Positions 26,901 to 38,883 are shown, counted from the stretch's first letter. The stretch is DNA of 48,608 bases from Octopus sinensis (GCF_006345805.1 NW_021824656.1:1-48608), one strand, 5' to 3'. Notes: generated by a model not told the origin, from the letters alone. Numbers and translations are program-made.

Positions 26901-27059
26901 TCCTATACGATAATACAGTACTGGACCTCATATCCAGCTTCTAGACACCGGTTATCGTTTAAATTGGCTAGTTTGAATTTCGCGGGTTAGTTGAAGTTCG
27001 CTTCACGTCCCCTTTGTTGATTAATTTGATTAATTTGCACAAAGATATATTTTTATCTT

Positions 27060-27566
27060 TTATCGGCTTCACTTATTTGACTGCTGTCATGCTTGGGTAC
27101 CAACATGAATTTTAGTCGAAAGAATCAAACCCTCTACTAATTTCTTTGAGCTTGGTACTTATTTTATCGGTATTTTTTGTTGAACCGCTAAGTTACAGAG
27201 ACCTAAACACACAGCCATTGTCGGGGAACAAACACTGACTCAAACACAACACATACACATACACATGCATATATATGTATGTATACATGCATATATCGCC
27301 ATGATAGATCACTAGCCACTACACATTCTTTATACCTTGGATATGGTACTGAAGCATGACCACAAGCTAATGTCTGAAACGCCACGACAGATCACTAGCC
27401 ACTACACATTCTTTATTTTCTCTCCTTGTTTCTTTCTGTGTTCCTTTCTGTGGAAGAGCGTAGGCTCGAAACGTTAAATACTTCTTCAATTCTCGAGCGT
27501 TATACTAATATATCTGTTTGTTGTCTACACCACATGTTTTCGTCTTTTGTTTTTTTTGTGAATTCT

Positions 27567-27606
<40 letters not shown>

Positions 27607-27750
27607 CACATATACATATATATACATATATATTATATATACGACTGTACCAAATCCACTTATAAGGCTTTGGTCGACCCGCGGCTATAGAACTCGAAAC
27701 CACGCGGTTGGGTCGCATGCTTCTTACCACACAGCTATGCCAGCGTCTAT
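27060..27750 (-). mobile_element. SINE family B split at its internal microsatellite by a family H insertion
   Basis: 3' half at ~27060-27240 and 5' half at ~27620-27750, separated by family H sequence. Confidence 0.7.
27300..27572 (+). mobile_element. Family H repeat with partial tandem duplication and hammerhead-like motif
   Basis: Direct repeat gatcactagccactacacattcttta at 27307 and 27390. Motif CTTT-CTGTGGA-A-GAGC-gtag-GCTC-GAAAC-GTT-AAAT (27444-27479). Ends in (TA)n. Confidence 0.7.
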
Positions 27751-28257
27751 ATTAAAAATACTTTTCTCCTTTACCGCTATGTGTGGATTGATGACAATTA
27801 AAGATTTTCTGCATGAGAATTTTATTTATATCTGCATCTGCTAAACTACTCCAATTAATTGTTATCCTATAAATATTAAGCAGCATTGAAGGTCAAGTAT
27901 GATATATTTTGAGAATTTTAAGTGGAAGAATAAGCATCAATCAACCTGTTTTAGGCATGCATTAATTTAAGTCTGTGCAAGACAGTAAGATGGCAAAATC
28001 GTGTCAAAATTTTAAATCACTATTTTTAAGCAGCCAGCTGGCGGAATCTTTAGTATGCCGGATAAAATGCTTAGCGGTATTTCGTCCGTATTCACGCTCT
28101 GAAATCAAATATCACCGATATCGACTTTGCCTTTTTATCCCTTCCCCGAAATAGCAGGCTTTGTGCCAAAATTTGAAATCATTAATTTGGTTTTCTTAAA
28201 TACAATTTAGTTCTTTCATTTTGATAATTTATTTTACATATATAATATCTATATATA

Positions 28258-28291
<34 letters not shown>

Positions 28292-28314
28292 ATATATTTT
28301 TATTCCTTCTCGAA

Positions 28315-28578
28315 TCACGCCGGTTTCGCGATTTCCTTGGCGTATAGGTTCCCCACCTGGACTGGACGCGGTCCGTCGCAGGTGAGCTGCAAGATGCAGG
28401 AAGAAAGAGTAAGAGAAAGTTGTCGCGAAAAAGTCAGCAGAAGTTCGCCATTACCTTCTGCCGGAGCCGCGTGGAGCTTAGGTGTTTCGCTCATAAACAC
28501 ACACATGGCCCGGTCTGAGATTCGAACCCGCCGTCCCTCGACCGCAAATCCGCTGCTTTAACCACAAGGCCATGTGCC
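28315..28578 (-). mobile_element. tRNA-derived SINE family C (same variant as 10738)
   Basis: Reverse complement: tggccttgtggttaaagcag...gggttcgaatctcag...ctaagctccacgcggctccggcag. Confidence 0.8.
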
Positions 28579-28781
28579 TTCCCTTTGTATAACGGTCATT
28601 TTTCATAACATTTTTCCCATGGCCGGATAACTGAAGAGATGGCGGCGTGGATTTCCAGCTCGGCATCCGAAACTCAGAGTTTTATCATGGGTACCGAATA
28701 ATTGTCACATATTACATTTACAGATATCTATCTATCTATCTATATATATATATATATGTGTATGTATGTATATATATATGT

Positions 28782-28958
28782 GCCAAGCTGTATCGACCTT
28801 TGTCTTTCCCTTGGATAACACTGGTGGCGTGGAGAGGGGAGGCCGGTATGCATGGGCGACTACTGGTCTTCCATAAAAACAACCTTGCCCAGACTTGTGC
28901 CTCAGAGGGTAACTCTCTAGGTGCAAACCCATGGTCACTCATGACCGAAGGGGGTCTT
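28782..28958 (+). mobile_element. Unclassified GC-richer interspersed repeat fragment between (TA)n tracts
   Basis: Composition contrast with flanks and flanking microsatellites. It resembles a recalled SINE/LINE-tail repeat; only one copy is in this window. Confidence 0.35.
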
Positions 28959-28974
28959 AAAATATATATGTATG

Positions 28975-29016
<42 letters not shown>

Positions 29017-29504
29017 GGAAATCTAGGAATCCGAGCAACTTCTGATCTCAACCTTGCCGGATTATTGATCTGGTACTGTAAAGAATACAGTTATGTCGCA
29101 GAAAATGTCTCGTGAATTCCTTCAGATTATTGATGTTTGTTGTAAAATACTCAATTATTTTCCATAAAACACAAGTTACATTCTGCATGAGTATTATGTC
29201 ACTCACCTAGGTGGAAAAACTCAAATCAGCCAACTTTCATTTTAATTAAATGCGTGCTTAGTTCTATCGGTTAGCTGATCAAACAATTGCAATAATTATA
29301 GATGAATGTCTTAATTACTTTATATATTGATTTCTGATATTGTCACAAGACATTACATTTGAGGTAACGGGTATGATCGATTAAACAAAGCCCCAGAGCG
29401 TTATATTTATTTAATTACTCGTTTACTGATGTCGAAATGAAGAAATGCAAAGTCGGCATCAGGAGGATTCGAACTCAGTTAAGGGCTATAATGTACGTTA
29501 GGTG

Positions 29505-29979
29505 AAATGTTTCGTGGTATTTCGTCTGCCGTTACGTTCTGAGTTCAAATTCCGCCGAGGTCGACTTTTCATTTCATCCTTTCGGGGTCGATAAATTAAG
29601 TACCAGTTACGCACTGAAGTTGAATTATCGACTTAATACCTATGTCTGTCCTTGTTTGTCCCCTCTGTATTTAGCCCCTTGTGGGCAGTAAAGAAATAGG
29701 TATTTCGTCTGTCGTTATGTTCTGAGTTCAAATTCCGCCGAGGTAGACTTTGCCTTTCATCCTTTCGGGGTCGATAAATTAAGTACCAGTAACGCACTGG
29801 GGTCGTTGTAGACGCAGGAGTGGCTGTGGTAAGTAGCTTGCTTGCTAACCACATGGTTCCGGGTTCAGTCCCACTGCGTGGAACCTTGGGCAAGTGTCTT
29901 CTACTATAGCCTCGGGCCTACCAAAGCCTTGTGAGTGGATTTGGTAGACGGAAACTGAAAGAAGACCGTCGTATATATG

Positions 29980-30040
<61 letters not shown>

Positions 30041-30322
30041 TATTTGTCCCTCTAGCATTGCTTGACAACCAATGCTGGTGTGTTTATGTCCCCGTTACTT
30101 AGCGGTTCGCAAAAGAGACCGATAGAAAATAAGTACTGGGCTTACAAGAATAAGTCCCGGGGTCGATTTGCTCGACTAAAGGCGGTGCTCCAGCATAGCC
30201 TCAGTCAAATGACTGAAACAAGTAAAAGAGTAAAAGAGAGAGACAGAGTAATCGACATAATCCCTTTCTCTGTTCTTTTTTGTCCCCTCTATGTTTAGCC
30301 CCTTGTGGGCAGTAAAGAAATA
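29505..30322 (+). mobile_element. Tandem SINE family A units with a full family B SINE nested at 29812-30240
   Basis: The A unit breaks at gggtcgttgta and resumes at gtaatcgacataatcc (~30250) through gcagtaaagaaata. Confidence 0.85.
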
Positions 30323-31160
30323 TATAATGTACTTTATATATTTCTTTCTAATTTTGACACAATGCCAGTAATTTCTGAGGGCAGGGGAACGCCGATTACA
30401 GCGACTCCAGATCTCTACTTATACTTATTCTATCGGCCTCGGTAGCGTTTGAACTGAAAACGTAAAGAGCGGAAAGAAATATTGCTGAATAATTTTGTAC
30501 GACGCTGCATTGATTCTACCCGTTCAAAATGGTTTCAAATTGTGGCACGAGGCTAGCAATTTCAAGGGAGAGGTAAGTCGATAATTTCAATGCCAGTACT
30601 CAACTGAGTTCTATTTTATCAACCCTGAAAGAATGAAAGATAAAATCGACCTCAGACGCATTTGAACTCAGAACGTAGAGTTGGAAGAAACACTACTAGG
30701 CATTTTAACAGGCGCAGCAACAAAGGTTATCCTTTGACAGGTGTTTCACTTTGTTTGCAGGTAGAGTATGTATTAACCTGCAAATTACAAACGGTATATA
30801 TATATATATATTTAAGATGGTAGCCGTTAAGTCGGTTAATATATGATGTTAATTAAGACATGATATTAGGGGGAATGTCAAGCGACCAAATGTGTTTAAA
30901 CGAAATTGCATGATAAATATAACGTTAAAAACGTTCCCATCTGATATTGAATTGCTTGCGTGTGTGTTGTGTCTGTGTGTCTGTGTGTGTGTGCATGCGC
31001 GCATGTCTGTTCGTGTGTGTTTGCATGTGTGTACTCGTGTGTGCATGTGTGTGCGTGTGAGGGCTTTTTCTATTCGCGCGTAAGTATATAGAAACACACT
31101 GGAGGTACGTCATTTATTTCCTCCATGTCACCTTTCTTTGATTGCTGTTTCTCTAACGCT

Positions 31161-31202
<42 letters not shown>

Positions 31203-31468
31203 ATCTATCTCTATCTCTCTCTGTCTCTCTGTCTCTCTATCTCTATCTCTCTCTCTCTCTGTTCCTCTCTCTTTCAGTCTATCACACACCTAGTCATTTT
31301 ACATACATACATTATACACTTGTATAAGCGCATACTCACACATGCACATAGACACACAAACACACACACACTCATACATATGTATATGCATACACACACA
31401 TACACATACGCACATACACACACATACACATACACACGTATATATATATATATATATGTGTGTGTGTA

Positions 31469-31503
<35 letters not shown>

Positions 31504-31839
31504 TGCAAGGCCTGGAATATAACAAAAGCCGTAAATTCGATATCGTGTATTTTCCTTTCTTCTCGCATCTCTTATTTCTTTTTCTTCCATTTCATGAATG
31601 ATCTCATCTGGAATGTTAAATTCTCTTCTGTTTTTTCCAGTTGCGCATTTATTTTCCTTGTCTAATTCTCCCATTGTCTTCTGTTCTTGCTTTATATTCT
31701 CATCCTTCTCCAGTCCATGGATCTTTTCTGTCTCTCTGATTCCATGTATTATTTATTTGCCTGTTGCCTCTGAGTCTCATTATTTTTCACGTTTTGTCTT
31801 TGTCGATCTGGTATGTTTTAGTCCCACTCTGTCTGTCTG

Positions 31840-31881
<42 letters not shown>

Positions 31882-31885
31882 CTCT

Positions 31886-31924
<39 letters not shown>

Positions 31925-31927
<3 letters not shown>

Positions 31928-32102
31928 TTATAAGGGCAAATACCCTGAAACATGTCTGCAGATGCCTGACCAGCAAGGAGAAGCGGCTGACCTCCCCTTT
32001 TCGAAGGTTATAATGGACACAGGTTCGTGTGTCATATAACTAGCTAGAGGCGATGGCCTCTTGGAGCTAATCAACGGCAGCTTTCGTTCTATATTTATGG
32101 AC

Positions 32103-32108
<6 letters not shown>
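31925..32108 (+). mobile_element. Family I repeat flanked by (TA)n; hammerhead-like 3' half
   Basis: AGGG-caaata-CCCT-GAAAC-AT-GTC at 31933-31956. The remainder is homologous to 5595-5790. Confidence 0.6.
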
Positions 32109-32139
<31 letters not shown>

Positions 32140-32543
32140 TAGATAGATAGATAGATATATATACATAAGTTTCGGCACAAATGCTGTGACCATGCTGGGG
32201 TACCGCCAGCATTAACTTATCAGTACCCATTCCTATGTGACTGACTTTTGATGAAAGAGGGAGTTCGATATCGCTGCTTCTTTTGAGTTTCTTGACCTGA
32301 TCTAAGCTCATCTGAGACCGTGGACAGCAGGCGGTCATATTGTTTCTTGAAAACATCCCCTCCACTCCATGCAGATTTTGTCTGGCTTCATGTTGTAAGA
32401 CGAAATTCCACCGCAGTTAACTTTGCCTTTTTGCCTTTTGCTTTTCATTTCTTCGGGGTCGATAAAATAAGTACCAGTTGAATGTAATTGACTTAACCGC
32501 CTCACATCTCTCTCTCTATCTCTCGCTCTCTCTCTCTCTCTCT

Positions 32544-32589
<46 letters not shown>

Positions 32590-32593
<4 letters not shown>

Positions 32594-32815
32594 CCATTTT
32601 TCAAAATGTGGACCGCGTGTGTACCGTTAGCGATTTTTTTTCCCTCTGTTTTCCCTCTCTGGATCTTTCCTTTTATGTTTCCGACGAAGAGCTCCGCTCG
32701 AAACGTTAAACCTCCTTCTTTCCTTCTTCCTGAGCGTCCAATAATACTATATTTGTTCCACGTCCTCGCGTTGTTTGTGTTTTTTTTTTGTGCTTTCTTG
32801 TTTGGATGAACTTTA
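32590..32815 (+). mobile_element. Family H-related repeat between (TA)n tracts with minimal hammerhead-like motif
   Basis: GTTT-CCGACGA-A-GAGC-tcc-GCTC-GAAAC-GTT-AAAC (32677-32711). Confidence 0.7.
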
Positions 32816-33597
32816 TATATATATATATATATATCAAGAAAGAGAGAGACAGACAGAAAGATCCATACACACCGACATACATACCTACGTATATACATAC
32901 ACATGGGTGTGTGCATATTGGGAATGAGAATGGATAAAGAAAAAAAAAAGAAAGACAATCTATCGATAGACATCTAGTTCTACACTTCCTCCTGAAAATA
33001 TATCATCATATTGAAAAAGTAACACGAAAATTTACTGTCTTCATATTAGTTAGAGTACGTAATATTATAAGAGAAATTGTGTTACGCTATTCTTCTGGGG
33101 CCGTGTTAGCCTTTAGGTTAATAACTGTCATTAGCAATCACTTGTTTCGACTCCGCTGCAACGTGTATTAAGTCAAGTCAGATCCTGTAGCATACCCTCG
33201 GATCTCTCTAAACCTTGTGAATCTGATAGCACGCATCCCATCTGGCCGACCCTTCAGGTGTTCTTTTCTACAATCCATTCTCTTGTAATATTTACAGATC
33301 GGTAGAGAGACAACTGGATCCTCGTTATCGTTACGCCCAATTATATGCTTTAATATATCATTTTAATTTCATTCTACAGTAGTTTATTATTCTCGGAGAA
33401 CCAGGATAGCTCGAAGCATTAAAGGATTCGGTATACGGTTACTTGATACAAGAAATAGTGGCTAAATTTGTCTTTAATTGTATCCTATTGTTTTAGAGAA
33501 ATGACATTTGGATCATATGACTTTGGGCTCCTAAAATATACGAAAATAACATAATGACTTCATATGGAACATCTTTGATATTACGTTTATCCAATCA

Positions 33598-34018
33598 AAG
33601 GCGGTGAGCTGGCAGAATCGCTAGCACGCCGGGCGAAATGCTTAGCAATATTTCGTCTGCCGCTACGTTCTGAGTTCAAATTCCGTCGAGGTCGACTTTG
33701 CCTTTCATCCTTTTGGGGGTCGATTAAATAAGTACCAGTTACACACTGGGGTCGATATAATCGACTTAATCCGTTTGTCTGTCCTTGTTTGTCCTCTCTG
33801 TGTTTAGCCCCTTGTGAGTAATAAAGAAATAGGTATTTCGTCTGCCGTTACGTTCTGAGTTCAAATTCCGCCGAGGTCGACTTTGCCTTTCATCCTTTCG
33901 GGGTCGATTAAATAAGTACCAGTTACGCACTGGGGTCGGTATAATCGACTTAATCCGTTTGTCTGTCCTTGTTTGTCCCCCCTCTGTGTTTAGCCCGCTT
34001 GTGGGTAGTAAAGAAATA
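33598..34018 (+). mobile_element. SINE family A, full copy plus tandem truncated copy
   Basis: Junction aaagaaataggtatttcg at ~33823-33840. Confidence 0.9.
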
Positions 34019-34387
34019 GATATTACGTTTGTCCAATCAGGTCCAGCCTGGCGGAGCGGGGTAACGAACAACATTATATTTGCTGCATTTCATTTTGTAC
34101 CTAAGAGATAAATCTACAACTTTCAAACATATTCGATTCGGACAGCGAAAGCCTGTGACTCACGTCAGACAGAAAAACAGAGATCAATGGTTTGTAATTC
34201 ATCACTGCCATTCCAATTTGCCTGCGAGTAAACCGGACATATTGTAGTAGCGATGATATAGAAAATCTAACAGCCAAGCTCACCAGTTTTCAAATAAATG
34301 CATCTAGACTCTGCCCCATGGACTGTTGCTGTTGTTACCGCTTAACCCTTACTCACAAATGATCCAACAGATGAATCATCAAAAATT

Positions 34388-35190
34388 GTATGACAGGGTG
34401 CTGAAAAGTTCCTGGCTTTCAGAGTATCGTGAAAGGCCTGGCTGGAGACTCAAACTTCTTAATTCTTTTACAGGGCTTAGAAAAACCGCTGCAATAAGTG
34501 TGTGAATCTTAGAAAAGAGATGTACTTGCATAGCAAGTGACCTGATCTGAGATCGTGTGCTGGAACGAAAACAATTGCAGCGTGGAAGGTGTTTATAAGC
34601 CATTTAAGAAACACAGAAAACCGTTAGATTCACTTCAACATTTAAATAATTTTGCCAAAATATTTTCGTCGCTTTAAACCGAGACCTGTTCACTGACAAA
34701 GTTCCGTGCTGCATCACGCCAGCGCCTAGATAGATAGATAGACAGATGCAGCACGGAATTTTGTCAGTGAACAGGTCGCGGTCTCCACGCGACGAAAATA
34801 TTTTGGCAAATTATATTTAAATGTTGAAGTGAATCGAACGGTTTTTGTGTGTTTCTTAAATGGCTTATAAACACCTTCCACGCTGCAATTGTTTTCGTTC
34901 CAGCACACGATCTCAGATCAGGTCACTTGCTATGCAAGTACATCTCTTTTCTTAGATTCACACACTTATTGCAGCGGCTTTTCTAAGCCCTGTCAAAGAA
35001 TTAAGAAGTTTGAGCCTCCAGCCAGGCCTTTCACAATACTCTGAAAGCCAGGAACTTTTCAGCACCCTGTCATACGAACACCTTCCACGCTGCAATTGTC
35101 TAAGAAAAGAGTATGTTAAATAAAATCGTAATTAACTTATCCTCCTGTATATTCTTTTACCCAAATCCAGGAACTGTTCAGCATCCCTCC
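34388..35190. mobile_element. Mariner-like MITE interrupted by family F repeat, with a ~330-bp inverted duplication
   Basis: Arms 34388-34715 and 34745-35075. MITE TIR tatgacagggtgctgaaaagttcctggc. MITE right half at 35101-35190. agaaaagag occurs at 34511 and 35103. Confidence 0.85.
34760..34810 (+). ncRNA. Minimal type I hammerhead ribozyme candidate with G3-C8 variant core
   Basis: TTTGTCA [stem I] GTGAACA G GTCGCG-gtctcca-CGCGAC [stem II] GAA AATATT [palindromic stem III] T TGGCAAA [stem I']. Further copies at 34651-34700 (-) and 38955-39005 (-). Confidence 0.65.
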
Positions 35191-35479
35191 ACATCCCACT
35201 CCGTACAGTATTCTTGCGCTATTCCAGACATAGTATTTTTTTGGACGATATGAACCAACGTGTCCTTCCTGTTATTAGATAAGCGGGTGTAAGCGGTAGG
35301 ATGTCTTATTGATTATTTCTAGCATTTTGAACGATTATCGAATGTATTCTGCTTCAAGCGGCGTTAGCATATGGAAATTGTCAAGAGCTCTCTTGCACAC
35401 TTACAGCTGGCATCAAAGCAGTCGCAAGCAAATCAATTGATTTCTGTAAAGAACACAGGATTACATCAGAATTTCCAAC

Positions 35480-35748
35480 GGTTGAACTCGGAACGTAAAG
35501 ACAGACGAAATACCTATTTCTTTACTACCCACAAGGGGCTAAACACAGAGGGGACAAACAAGGACAGACAAACAGATCAAGTCGATTACATCGACCCCAG
35601 TGCGTAACTGGTACTTAATTTATCGACCCCGAAAGGATGAAAGGTAAAGTCGACCTCGGCGGAATTTGAACTCAGAACATAACGGCCGACGAAATACGGC
35701 TACGCATTTCGCCTGGCGTGCTAACGTTTCTGCCAGCTCCCCGCCTTC
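35480..35748 (-). mobile_element. SINE family A with short tandem restart
   Basis: Reverse-complement family A with junction gacgaaatacctatttc at ~35505-35520. Confidence 0.9.
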
Positions 35749-35934
35749 ACAGAGTAATCTGAATGCTAATATTTAAACAAGAATATCAGGAAAGCGAGCG
35801 TTCATAAAAATTATACATGGATAATTAGATAGATCACGGTACAACTTCTATAGCCAACTCTCGTTTGGATTCTGTCTCTCTTCCTTCGACGTTGGATTTT
35901 CAGTGTCGGGTCTGACTTGAGCGCGAATTATCTC

Positions 35935-36330
35935 TCGTACTCTTTTACTCTTTTACTTGTTTCAGTCATTTGACTGCGGCCATGATGGAGCACTGCCTTT
36001 AATCGAGCAACTCGAGCCCGGGACTTATTCTTTTGTAAGCCCAGTACTTATTCTATCGGTCTATTTTGCCGAACCGCTAAGTAACGGGGACATAAACACA
36101 CCAGCATCGGTTATCAAGCAATGCTAGGGGACAAACACAGACACACACACACACACATATATACATACATATATACGACGGGCTTCTTTCAGTTTCCGTC
36201 TACCAAATCCACTCACAAGGCTTTGGTCGGCCCGAGGCTATAGTAGAAGACACTTGCCCAAGGTGCCACGCAGTGGGAGTGAACCATGTGGTTGGTAGAC
36301 AAGCTACTTACCACACAGCCACTCCTGCGC
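35935..36330 (-). mobile_element. SINE family B, full length
   Basis: Family B reverse complement. Confidence 0.9.
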
Positions 36331-36754
36331 CTATCTGTACGTTTTGTTTTTAGCATATACTTACATGTTATATAATTTCTGTTATAAATTTTCATGGAAC
36401 AAGAAAACAGCTATGCAAACAAGGACCTTGTAAATATACATTATCTGTTTGTTGATATCACTGGGATTCATCTTATTTTATATGAGATTGGTGTTTAGAA
36501 ATGCATATTGGCAATAATGTTTATATTAAAGGTTATAGTATGCTGTGAAATTTTGCTTTAATAAAATATCTATCCATTTTCCTCTATCCGTTCTCCTAAA
36601 ATCCATTGCAGCGGAAAAAATAAAACAGAAAATACGGAATCTACTTTTTCGATCCAGCAGAATTTTATCCTAATATTTATACGCTATATTTTATAGCTTT
36701 ATTTGCTTCGACACCCAACATTCCTGAAAGGACTTATAGAATCTAAAATGAAAT

Positions 36755-37070
36755 TTTCCTGGCTGTGTGGGAAGAACCTTGCTTCCCAGCCATATGGTTT
36801 TGGGTTCAGTTCCTGCACGATACCTTGGGCAAATGTCTTCTACTTAGCCTCGGGCCAATCAAATTTTGTGAGTGGATTTGCAAGAAGGAAACTTAAAGAA
36901 GCCCATCATATGTGTTTGTGTGTCTCCCGCTACCACGTTCCCATAAATTGGCGCTTCGACAAAAGGAGACTGATACAATAAGCACCAGGCTTAACAAAAA
37001 TGAGTGCTTGCTCGATTCCCTCGACCGAAAATTCTTCAAGACGGTGCACCAGCATGGCCGCAAATGAAAG
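36755..37070 (+). mobile_element. Degenerate SINE family B
   Basis: gggttcagttcc...accttgggcaaatgtctt...gtgcaccagcatggccgca. Confidence 0.7.
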
Positions 37071-37179
37071 AAAGAAAACCTAAACGATATAAGATGCACA
37101 TATATATATATATATATATCTTATATCATAAGTATTATATGCACATCTATACATGCAAACAGACATGCACACATCGTTA

Positions 37180-37339
37180 GCCACTACACACATTTTTTTC
37201 TCACCTTGTTTCTCTCCTTGTTTTTTCTGTGTTCCTTTCTGTAGAAGAGCGTATTTTTCAATTCCTGAGCGTTTGTTTTGTATATCTGTTTGTTTTGTAC
37301 ACCACCTGTCTTCGTCTTTTTTTTTTCGTAAACTCTCCC

Positions 37340-37340
<1 letters not shown>
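37180..37340 (+). mobile_element. Family H repeat with internal deletion through the ribozyme motif
   Basis: gccactacacatt...cctttctgtagaagagcgta[deleted]ttttcaattcctgagcg...ctccc-(TA)n. Confidence 0.7.
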
Positions 37341-37395
<55 letters not shown>

Positions 37396-37440
37396 ATGTG
37401 TATGTGTGTGTGTGTGTGTTATATATGTGTATGTGTGTGT

Positions 37441-37725
37441 GGAGGCGCAATGGCCCAGTGGTTAGGGCAGTGGACTCGCGGTCGTAGGATCGCGGTTTCA
37501 ATTCCCAGACTGGGCGTTGTGTGTGTTTATTGAGCGAAAACACCTAAAAGCTCCACGAGTGATCCCTGCTGTACTCTTTCACCACTCTTTCTCCTACTCT
37601 TTCTTCTGTTGGCCTGCTCGCTTAGCCAGCGGGGTGGCGTCATTCGAAGGCTAAAAAATGCGAACGCATTGTGACCAGCGATGTGTAGCAACATCTGATA
37701 GCCTGGTCGGTCATGTGATCACGTG
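37441..37725 (+). mobile_element. tRNA-derived SINE family C: head 1 plus a third body type
   Basis: ggaggcgcaatggcccagtggttagg head, then unrelated body ttggcctgctcgcttagccagcgggg...tgatcacgtga. Confidence 0.8.
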
Positions 37726-38457
37726 ATATATATATATACACAAACGCACACATACACACACACATGTATATATAACTCAGTGCATATGAGGAAACATACA
37801 TACTTTATGATAACCGATTGTAATACTACATGAGTAACTCAGAGTCACGTGAAATTTGCGTATTGATATTTTAAGACATATATCTATGTATGTGTATGCG
37901 TGCGTTTGTGTATGTGCGTGTCATCCATATAACCATTAGCATATGCACATATATACACATATGGTTTATATGCGTATATGCATACACATAGACCTACACA
38001 TACAGACACATTCACAACCACGTGCTCATATAAATATTAAGCAAGCCTGATCCGTCGAGATGAAGTTAAATTCTTTTTGCCGCAAGGTATGGACAATTGA
38101 GAAACCGTCGCCATACTATAAGTAGACGTAGAAATACCGGCCTTACCTGTAAATATATATACACCCTTATAGAATATATGTCACCAATAAGGGAAAGCTA
38201 ATGATCCGCTTAACACATATATAGACCAGTGCTTAGATTTTATAGTAAATAGAGGCAGACCTCAAATTATGTTATTTCGAGTTACGTCTTTTTCGACTTA
38301 ACGTCGTTTTCTTAAGGAATTAATAGGAAAAATCCGCCCCAGCTTTAATCGATTAGTCCAATTTTACGTTGGTCTCACCGAACACAATTAAAAGTATAAA
38401 AGTTTTATTTAAAAAAAAAACACCTAAAGATCAATTCTGAAATGGACAGATCAAATG

Positions 38458-38843
38458 TGGAAGCACTCCGTCGGTTACGACGACGAGGGTTCCGGTTGAT
38501 CCGATCAACGGAACAGCCTGCTCGTGAAATTAACGTGTAAGAGGCTGAGCACTCCACAGACACGTGTACCCTTAACGTAGTTCTCGGGGATATTCAGCGT
38601 GACACAGAGAGTGACAAGGCCGGCCCTTTGAAATACAGATACAACAGAAACAGGAAGTAAGAGTGAGAGAAAGTTGTGGTAAAAGAGTACAGCAGGGATC
38701 ACCACCATCCCTGCCGGAGCCTCGTGGAGCTTTAGGTGTTTTCGCTCAATAAACACTCACAACACCCGGTCTGGGAATCGAAACCGCGATCCTACGACCG
38801 GACCTCGAGTCCGCTACCCTAACCACTGGGCCATTGCGCCTCC
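38458..38843 (-). mobile_element. tRNA-derived SINE family C: head 1 plus body X, full length
   Basis: Reverse complement of the 39578 copy with a 7-nt insertion in the head. Confidence 0.9.
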
Positions 38844-38883
38844 ACTACAGATCAGATAAAATATACGTGAAAGTATGTACAGA

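Noticed and set aside
31928-32365. 145-aa minus-strand ORF as a receptor exon
   Set aside because: It has no class C GPCR motif and runs through (TA)n and a family I repeat.
38036-38152. Minus-strand tttacag|gtaagg as the exon 2 acceptor; similar candidates at 7.4, 22.9 and 43.8 kb
   Set aside because: The phase-1 translations stop early and do not resemble the VFT continuation.
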